DNA of 64,000 bases from an uncultured virus (IMG/VR IMGVR_UViG_3300027798_002855) (Duplodnaviria > Heunggongvirae > Uroviricota > Caudoviricetes): IMG/VR virus record IMGVR_UViG_3300027798_002855; one strand, written 5' to 3'. The number at the start of each line of letters is the position of its first letter. Position 1 is the stretch's first letter. The position numbers and the translations under genes are program-made. Under the pieces are notes generated by a model. The model did no database searches. It had not been told where the DNA came from and was given only the letters and a program-made list of their open reading frames with translations. Positions 56,787-64,000 of the stretch are shown here, in pieces.

Positions 56787-58817
56787 ATGTCAGATGTATT
56801 TTCTTTTCGTTTATTGGAAGAGTTTGTAGCCAAATATAAGTCTATTGAGCCTCCCTTTGGATTTGCCGATGCAGGTAATAACTCTCTTGGTGAGATAACT
56901 TTTATTCGCACCTATTCAAGAATCAAAGACGATGGCACAAAAGAACGCTGGCATGAGGTTTGTAAGCGGGTAATTGAAGGAATGTACTCTGTTCAAAAAA
57001 ACCACGCAAAAGAAAATCGTTTACCTTGGAATGACAATAAAGCACAGAAATCAGCCCAAGAAGCATATGACAGAATGTTTAATTTAAAATGGACTCCACC
57101 TGGACGTGGGCTATGGGCTTTTGGTACCCCCATGACAATGGAGAGACGCAATTCTGCGGCCCTGCAGAACTGCGCTATGGTTTCTACTAGGGACATTGAT
57201 AGAAACGACCCTGGAGCCCTTTTTGGCTGGGTTATGGATGCTCTGATGCTAGGGGTAGGAGTTGGTTTTGATACCCTTGGACAAGAAAAGGGTATGGAAA
57301 TATACAAAACCCTATCAGAAGAAATAACATATGAAATACCAGATACTCGTGAAGGCTGGGTAGAGTCAGTAAGGCTTCTACTTAATTCCTATCTTAAAGC
57401 AAACCAGGCAAAAGTGGTTTTTGATTACTCCAAGATCAGGCCTTTGGGTGCTCCGATTAAAGGATTTGGCGGTACCGCTTCAGGACCAGAGCCTTTGATA
57501 AAATTACATGAAACTATTCGCAAGGTTATTGGAGATAGAGCAGGAGATATTTTAGATTCTCGTGCAATTGTAGACATTGTTAATCTTATTGGAACTTGTG
57601 TAGTTGCTGGAAATGTTCGTCGTTCTGCTACCCTCGCACTTGGTGCTCCAGCAGATAATAGTTTTATTAATTTAAAAAATGCAGAAGAATTTCCAGAGCG
57701 TAATTCTTTTGATCCAGAAAATCCAGGGTGGGCATGGATGAGCAATAACTCTATCGCAGCAGAAGTTGGAACTAAATACGAAGAGTACGTAGATTTAATT
57801 GCTGACAACGGAGAGCCAGGATTTATCTGGCTTGATGTTGCTCGCAATTATGGTCGTCTTGCAGATCCTGCAGATGGAAAAGACTATCGTGTTATGGGAT
57901 TCAATCCTTGTGCTGAGCAGCCATTAGAGTCATATGAACTCTGCACACTTGTAGAGGTGCATTTAAATCGTCACAAAGACAAAGAAGATTTTCTACGTAC
58001 ATTAAAGTTTGCATACCTTTATGGCAAAACCGTTACTCTTGTTCCTACACATTGGCAGATTACTAATGGCATTATGCAAAGAAACCGTCGTATTGGAACC
58101 TCTTTAACTGGCATTGCATCTTTCTCTGATGAAAATGGTTTGCCAACAGTTCGTGAATGGATGGATGAGGGATACAAAACAATTCGTAAATACGATCATG
58201 CATATTCTGAATGGCTATGTGTTCGTGAATCTGTTCGTGTGACCACAGTTAAACCATCGGGATCCGTATCTTTGCTTTCAGGTGCTACCCCTGGTGTTCA
58301 CTGGGGTCCAGGAGGAAAGTATTTCCTTCGTGCAATTCGTTTTGGAAATACAGATCCAATGATTCATTTATTCAAAGCAGCGGGGTATAAAACAGAACCA
58401 GATCTAGTATCTGCAAATACAACTGTAGTATATTTCCCAGTTCATTCAGGACATGCAAGGTCTGAAAAAGATGTTACATTATTTGAAAAGATTGGCCTTG
58501 CTGCTACCACCCAAAAATATTGGTCTGATAATGGAGTGTCTGTAACTTTGTCATTTGATAAAGAAACAGAAACAAAGCATGTCGCTCATGCTCTACACAT
58601 GTATGAGGGACAGTTAAAGGCTGTATCATTTTTACCTATGGGCAACAAGACATATCCACAGCAGCCATATAGCCAAATCACAAAAGAAGAATATGATTCA
58701 TATGTTGGCAAGATTAAGAAGATTAATTGGTCTGCTATCTATGACGGTGTTGACAATCTTGAGGCTATTGGAGAAAGTTACTGTACCACAGATGTCTGTG
58801 AGATTAAAATAGCGTAA
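56787..58817 (+). CDS. nrdJ: Class II (adenosylcobalamin-dependent) ribonucleotide reductase
   Basis: RTYSR, PPGRGLW, NC, VRRSA, NPCAE, TTVKPSG, C-terminal CTTDVC. Confidence 0.92.
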   Translation: MSDVFSFRLLEEFVAKYKSIEPPFGFADAGNNSLGEITFIRTYSRIKDDGTKERWHEVCKRVIEGMYSVQKNHAKENRLPWNDNKAQKSAQEAYDRMFNLKWTPPGRGLWAFGTPMTMERRNSAALQNCAMVSTRDIDRNDPGALFGWVMDALMLGVGVGFDTLGQEKGMEIYKTLSEEITYEIPDTREGWVESVRLLLNSYLKANQAKVVFDYSKIRPLGAPIKGFGGTASGPEPLIKLHETIRKVIGDRAGDILDSRAIVDIVNLIGTCVVAGNVRRSATLALGAPADNSFINLKNAEEFPERNSFDPENPGWAWMSNNSIAAEVGTKYEEYVDLIADNGEPGFIWLDVARNYGRLADPADGKDYRVMGFNPCAEQPLESYELCTLVEVHLNRHKDKEDFLRTLKFAYLYGKTVTLVPTHWQITNGIMQRNRRIGTSLTGIASFSDENGLPTVREWMDEGYKTIRKYDHAYSEWLCVRESVRVTTVKPSGSVSLLSGATPGVHWGPGGKYFLRAIRFGNTDPMIHLFKAAGYKTEPDLVSANTTVVYFPVHSGHARSEKDVTLFEKIGLAATTQKYWSDNGVSVTLSFDKETETKHVAHALHMYEGQLKAVSFLPMGNKTYPQQPYSQITKEEYDSYVGKIKKINWSAIYDGVDNLEAIGESYCTTDVCEIKIA

Positions 58818-58844
58818 ATGCTATAATAAAGGGTAAGGAGCAAT

Positions 58845-61800
58845 ATGTCCAACCCGTCAAATTTATATGCAGAAAAGGTGTTCTCAGAGCACCCCACGGT
58901 CCTGTGGGCATTAGACGACACTGCTGACTACATCAGTCTTATAACAGAGGCTCAACGAAGTTTTACTAGTTGGACTGTTACAAATGCAACTAGAAGCGTT
59001 GCTAATGCTCCATCTACCGAACCTTTTACGGATAGTGTTGTTAATAAATTAGACTTTGTTATTCCAGCAAATACAAGTTTTCAGGTTACTTGCGTAAGTA
59101 GTGATCTCATTAATTTTTCAAATTTAAATTCTGATTATGCAACATTTTCTGTTGGTGGATATTTCTTTGACTCAACTGCAGTTTTAGATTCTGTAGAAAT
59201 AGGATACGAATATACAGATACTACAACGGCTCAAAATGTTAGAAACCTAAATACCTTTGATACAAACCTTAACAATGCCTGGGGCTTTGTTTCTGGTACT
59301 TTTGAAACTCCCAATGAAAACACTACAATGAGGGCAGTTATAAAAGCAACATTTTCTGGTGGAGCATCAACATCCACCACTTCTTTTTATCTAAACGGAA
59401 TAAGTTTAGGTCAATGGTCAGAAAATTTTAATACTCAGTCCCTTGGTATTTCTGCTGCATCAATAACATCAGCAAACATTGCTATAGCAACAACAGAAGG
59501 AGTTGAGGCAGAGGCCTATGGACTAGGTTCTGAACATGGATATTATTTAGTTAATGATAGTGCTTTAGTTGCAAAAAATTCTAGTATTCCGATGGTGTTT
59601 GGTGCTTCTGGTGTAACAGTTTTAACTCCCAGCGCAACCAGTGAACCATCTTTGATTGTTCCAGGAAAAGGATTTTTAAACGAAGCGGGAAGACACAAGG
59701 AATATACTGTAGAGTTTTGGGCAAGAATAAATTCTAGTACAACAACTCCTAAAAGAATATTTGGTCCAATTGCTTCTTCAGACGGTCTTTATGTAGAAAG
59801 TGGATTTTTAACTTTAGTAATTGGAAATCAATTTGGATCTCATTTCGTTGGTGAGTGGTATAGGCCAATGCTAATTCATGTTCGTATTATTCGTAATAAT
59901 GCAACGGTATTGGTAAATGGAGAAGAAGTAATAAGCCTAAGCATATCAACAGACACTATGATTTTGCCAGATATACTAAATAACTCAGATGAGGAGCAGG
60001 ACTGGCTTGGTTTTTATGCATATGAAGATGTTACACCAATAGAGATTGACTGTGTTGCAATATATTCTTATCAGGTCCCACTGCCAGTTGCAAAACGAAG
60101 ATGGGTTTATGGGCAAGGAGTTCTTTCTCCAGAGGGAATTAATTCTGCATACGGTGGAACATCTGCTTTTATTGACTATCCTTTTGCAGACTATACAGCA
60201 AACTATACCTATCCAGATTTTGCAAATTGGAATCAAGGATCTTTTGATAATTTAATTACATCTGATACCTATATCAGCACTCCAAACTATCAGCTTCCAA
60301 ACATTTTTATTGATGAAGAAGTCTTACAGGACCTATATGATGATAACCAAAACATTCAGGCTGGAAGCAATAAATTTATAACATTTAGACCAACGACAAG
60401 TTGGAACTCTGTTCATGCATATTACAACTTTCCCAACTTTAACGTTTTAAATGAAGAAGTCAAGGCAGTTTACGGAGTATTTAGCCACGACGATGTAACC
60501 TCAATTAATCAAACACTTTTTAAGATTTACAACAAGACTAATGGGAATTATTTCCAGGTAGTTCAAGATGATAATCAATTAATATACAGCCTAACTCACA
60601 ATGGGGCAAGTACTTCGCTTTATACATATAACACAATATCGGTAGATCAGATATTTGCAGTTGGAATTAATATTCCAGATTTGGTTTCTAGGTTTGGCGG
60701 TAACGTTGCATCATTTTTTGGTAATCGTAATGGACTAGAATTGTATGTGGCAGGAGATAATACCGCAGCAAATACATTTGAGGGCAATTTGTATTCTTTT
60801 GGTTTTTGCACTGCTTTAAATGCCGACGAAGCAGATGGTTATTTTAGTAATGGTTTTGCGGCTGTAACATCTGGTCAAGATTTAATAGATTTTACAGCAA
60901 GTTATACTCTTTTACCAACTGAGGCTTATGACACATATTTCTTAGATATTGGAGTTGCTGGGTACTGGGAAGACTATTTGCCACTTTCTTATTTTGCACA
61001 GTTTGTTGAAAACGATAGAGGAGAAACCTATTACGACTTAGACTTTTTGCAGTTTAATATTGGATATCCAAAACCATCAGAATTGTTAGAGCAGGCATCA
61101 ACAAGTGCATTTACCTATCAACAACTAAAAGATGATTATGAATATCCTGTTCAAAGAACTTATAGTCAATTGGACAACTACTTATTTACTGGCTGGGAAA
61201 ACTATCAGCAAATGATAGGTAGGACAGAAAAATATTACGAATATGATACAGAGGATGCTTCAATCAGAAGTTTTGTTACCTTCCAGTATGTGGAATTGGG
61301 AGCAAATGCGCCAAGGGGAGACTTTACAACAAGAACAGCAAGAGAAGGATCAATAATTGATATTGACAATTTTACAAATTGGCCAAGCACAAAATTTGAG
61401 GTTGTTGACAATACTTTAATTTATCCATCAAAGAGTATAGATTTCAATCAACTAGCAGTTGTATATCATTTAGACTTTAATATTCGTGGAATCTTAAGGA
61501 AGCCTATTAGACTTAGAAGGCTAGAATTGGCATCTCAATCATTTAATAATAACTCATTTAATCCAGTAGGAACAAGATTTGGTGTAGATATATTTCCATA
61601 CAAACGTTCTGGAATTTATTACGATTACAAGGCAAAAAATCCTTTTAGTATTTATAAAGGCAGCACCCCTTATCTTTACATGACAAGAACTTCTGGAATA
61701 CAGGTTCGTGGAGACTATGATCCGTTAGTAAACAGGGGACTTGCTATTCCTATTAATCCAAATACCGCCGATGATTATCGTATCAGCGCAGTACAGATGT

Positions 61801-62423
61801 GGTTAAGATATGATGAAAGGCAGTTTCCAGAAGCTCCAGTAGAGTTGTTTGAAATAGAATATCGTTCTGATACTATTAAATTTTATTTTGTTGCGGATAG
61901 CGAAACTGGAGATCGTGCAAGAATATACGCCCTGAGTTTAGAAACAGGCGAATCTTATGACGGCATATCGTATTATTGGAATGGTACCCTTGTTAGGGAG
62001 CCAGTTTTAACAAGAAACGAATGGGGAGTTTTGGGCATAGGATTTTCTAATGCATTAAACTTTGATCTATATCTTGGCGGTATTAATCTAAACGGACCAC
62101 TTGTATTTAACAACATAGCATACTATCAGGCTAATAATCTACAACAAGTTCAGAGTACCCTTACCAGACCATGGCAGCAAGTAATAACAGATGGTGCAAC
62201 CAACTTCCAATGGGAGTACTGGCTTAATTCTTCAACATGGCAAGGCGTTCTTGTTATTGGATCCTCAGAACTTTATGGCGTAAACCCAAGCGATGTTTAT
62301 AAAACATATATTGGAACTAATAAGATTATTTTTGATGATGAAGAGGGCTTGACCGTAGATGCAGATAAAATAAAGGTCTATACCGATACAGTTTGGACAA
62401 TTAGGGTCGGTACACCAGTATAA
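58845..62423 (+). CDS. Large virion structural protein with LamG-like segments
   Basis: 1192 aa, beta-rich, EHP..LW.LDD, YTVEFW; position before portal. Confidence 0.65.
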   Translation: MSNPSNLYAEKVFSEHPTVLWALDDTADYISLITEAQRSFTSWTVTNATRSVANAPSTEPFTDSVVNKLDFVIPANTSFQVTCVSSDLINFSNLNSDYATFSVGGYFFDSTAVLDSVEIGYEYTDTTTAQNVRNLNTFDTNLNNAWGFVSGTFETPNENTTMRAVIKATFSGGASTSTTSFYLNGISLGQWSENFNTQSLGISAASITSANIAIATTEGVEAEAYGLGSEHGYYLVNDSALVAKNSSIPMVFGASGVTVLTPSATSEPSLIVPGKGFLNEAGRHKEYTVEFWARINSSTTTPKRIFGPIASSDGLYVESGFLTLVIGNQFGSHFVGEWYRPMLIHVRIIRNNATVLVNGEEVISLSISTDTMILPDILNNSDEEQDWLGFYAYEDVTPIEIDCVAIYSYQVPLPVAKRRWVYGQGVLSPEGINSAYGGTSAFIDYPFADYTANYTYPDFANWNQGSFDNLITSDTYISTPNYQLPNIFIDEEVLQDLYDDNQNIQAGSNKFITFRPTTSWNSVHAYYNFPNFNVLNEEVKAVYGVFSHDDVTSINQTLFKIYNKTNGNYFQVVQDDNQLIYSLTHNGASTSLYTYNTISVDQIFAVGINIPDLVSRFGGNVASFFGNRNGLELYVAGDNTAANTFEGNLYSFGFCTALNADEADGYFSNGFAAVTSGQDLIDFTASYTLLPTEAYDTYFLDIGVAGYWEDYLPLSYFAQFVENDRGETYYDLDFLQFNIGYPKPSELLEQASTSAFTYQQLKDDYEYPVQRTYSQLDNYLFTGWENYQQMIGRTEKYYEYDTEDASIRSFVTFQYVELGANAPRGDFTTRTAREGSIIDIDNFTNWPSTKFEVVDNTLIYPSKSIDFNQLAVVYHLDFNIRGILRKPIRLRRLELASQSFNNNSFNPVGTRFGVDIFPYKRSGIYYDYKAKNPFSIYKGSTPYLYMTRTSGIQVRGDYDPLVNRGLAIPINPNTADDYRISAVQMWLRYDERQFPEAPVELFEIEYRSDTIKFYFVADSETGDRARIYALSLETGESYDGISYYWNGTLVREPVLTRNEWGVLGIGFSNALNFDLYLGGINLNGPLVFNNIAYYQANNLQQVQSTLTRPWQQVITDGATNFQWEYWLNSSTWQGVLVIGSSELYGVNPSDVYKTYIGTNKIIFDDEEGLTVDADKIKVYTDTVWTIRVGTPV

Positions 62424-62435
62424 TCTGCTATACTT

Positions 62436-62825
62436 ATGGATATGAATAGCGAAAAAATCCCAAAAGTTGGTAATGTAAGGCGCAAAGTCATAGAAAAAAA
62501 CTATGATTGGGGTCTTTATGTGTATAAAAAATCTAATGGCAAGTGGTTTACAGATGGCCAGGGTAGCGTATTAAACGTTCCAGCCATGCGTGGAGACATA
62601 TCAAAGATATCAGAACTTAAGAAGGCGGCCATGTATTATGGCGATGAGGGTGACGGAGAATGCATATTTGTCCCTGGACTTAACAGGGTATCAGAAGAGC
62701 AGTATTCAGAAATGAAAGATAGAATGGCGCAAGGACTTATTCCAAATGTTAATGACCTTGGTGCTGTTTATGATGCACAGCAAACTTTAAAGAAACACGG
62801 AAGAGACGCATACGACAATGAATGA
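62436..62825 (+). CDS. Hypothetical protein
   Basis: ORF track; TGCTATACT upstream. Confidence 0.7.
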   Translation: MDMNSEKIPKVGNVRRKVIEKNYDWGLYVYKKSNGKWFTDGQGSVLNVPAMRGDISKISELKKAAMYYGDEGDGECIFVPGLNRVSEEQYSEMKDRMAQGLIPNVNDLGAVYDAQQTLKKHGRDAYDNE

Positions 62826-64000
62826 GAATTTTGATTACATATCAGCCAGTTTAAATACTCAAATTAAAGATCCAACTCCTTTTGCAAATATGGATCCTTT
62901 TACTAAATCTTGGGATGAACTTAAAGGCTTGAATGGTATTGACAATAACTTTAGACGCAGAACAAGTAGAAGCATTACAAAGGTTGCATCAGAAAGTCCA
63001 GCATATCTTGACTCTGCTAGTGCGACACCCTCTGGCGATGACTCAAAATCAAAACAAATAAATCCTGGCACGGTATACAGAAACGGCTATGGATTATTTG
63101 ATGTAATTACCCCGCCATACAACATGTATGAGTTGGCAAACTTCTATGATACAAACTTTGCTAATCATGCTGCTATCGATGCAAAGGTAGAAAATGTTGT
63201 AGGTCTTGGATACCGATTTGATATTACAGATCGCACAATGCTCAGTTTTGAAATGAGCGATGATGATGGTAGAGTAGAAAGAGCAAGAAACAGAATTGAA
63301 CGAGCAAAGATTATGCTTCGTGATTGGCTAGAAGATCTTAATGACGATGATTCTTTTACAACTACAATGGAAAAGGTTTATACGGACTTACAGTCTACTG
63401 GAAATGGATTTCTTGAAGTTGGTCGTAAAGTAAATGGAGAGATTGGCTATCTTGGTCACATTCCTGCTACGACTATCCGTGTTCGTCGTTTAAAAGATGG
63501 TTTCGTACAGATTATTGGAAGTAAGATGGTTTACTTTAGAAACTTTGGTGCTAGAAATGCCAACCCGATTACATCTGACGGAAGACCAAACGAGATTATT
63601 CATCTAAAACAATATTCTCCACTAAATACATTCTATGGTATTCCTGACATCCTTTCAGCAATGCCTTCGCTAATTGGAGACCAGTTGGCATCTCAATACA
63701 ACATTGATTACTTTGAAAATAAGGCTGTTCCACGATATGTTATTACAGTAAAGGGCGCTAAGTTATCTGCTGATGCAGAAGACAAGATGTTTAGATTTCT
63801 TCAAACAGGACTTAAGTCTCAGTCTCACAGAACTCTATACATTCCTCTTCCTGGAGATACAGACAACAACAAGGTTGAGTTTAAAATGGAGCCAATTGAA
63901 AACGGTATTCAAGAAGGTTCATTTAAAGAATATCGTAAACAAAATCGTGATGACATTTTGATTGCTCATCAGGTTCCAATTTCTAAACTTGGTGGGTCTG
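62818..64000 (+). CDS. Phage portal protein (PBSX-like), 3' truncated
   Basis: Own translation: TGNGFLE, LGHIPA, NEIIHLK, YGIP, YFEN.A.P; open to window end. Confidence 0.88.
   Translation, partial: MNENFDYISASLNTQIKDPTPFANMDPFTKSWDELKGLNGIDNNFRRRTSRSITKVASESPAYLDSASATPSGDDSKSKQINPGTVYRNGYGLFDVITPPYNMYELANFYDTNFANHAAIDAKVENVVGLGYRFDITDRTMLSFEMSDDDGRVERARNRIERAKIMLRDWLEDLNDDDSFTTTMEKVYTDLQSTGNGFLEVGRKVNGEIGYLGHIPATTIRVRRLKDGFVQIIGSKMVYFRNFGARNANPITSDGRPNEIIHLKQYSPLNTFYGIPDILSAMPSLIGDQLASQYNIDYFENKAVPRYVITVKGAKLSADAEDKMFRFLQTGLKSQSHRTLYIPLPGDTDNNKVEFKMEPIENGIQEGSFKEYRKQNRDDILIAHQVPISKLGGS

Noticed and set aside
406..60255. Many antisense or overlapping ORFs in the track (e.g. 406-657, 2291-2728, 44066-44407, 53399-54166, 57425-57847)
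   Set aside because: Shadows of real genes on the other strand or frame; no RBS or family motifs.
1..64000. tRNA, rRNA, integrase or transposase genes
   Set aside because: No cloverleaf/T-loop signature or recombinase motifs seen by eye; tRNAscan-SE or ARAGORN would be decisive.

Overview
A 64-kb segment of a large, AT-rich tailed phage (Caudoviricetes). The host is most likely a low-GC freshwater actinobacterium (acI/Nanopelagicales-like); this is inferred from WhiB, an MSMEG_6728-type glycosylase, AGAAAGG Shine-Dalgarno sites and many leaderless genes. Layout: (1) 1-14.2 kb, + strand: nucleases, a lysis/surface cassette, proteostasis genes, WhiB and small proteins. (2) 14.3-22.4 kb, mostly - strand: a glycosylation cluster. 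(3) 22.4-38.8 kb: an early/host-takeover-type region of short genes in many small transcription units, diverging at about 37.76 kb. (4) 40.6-64 kb, + strand: virion/tail-fibre cassettes, a class II ribonucleotide reductase and the 5' part of the portal gene. The most striking signals are non-coding and lie at 24.9-38.2 kb. They are five copies of a fully covarying compact RNA pseudoknot; six promoters matching the actinobacterial PafBC/RecA-NDp DNA-damage motif; eight CRP-type boxes; WhiA-, BldC- and DnaA-like sites; seven CnGn (CCCGGG) boxes at unit boundaries in a sequence that otherwise appears to lack CCGG; and a promoter- and terminator-bounded small RNA whose loop is complementary to the early-gene RBS. 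All family calls and counts were made by eye; no searches were run.
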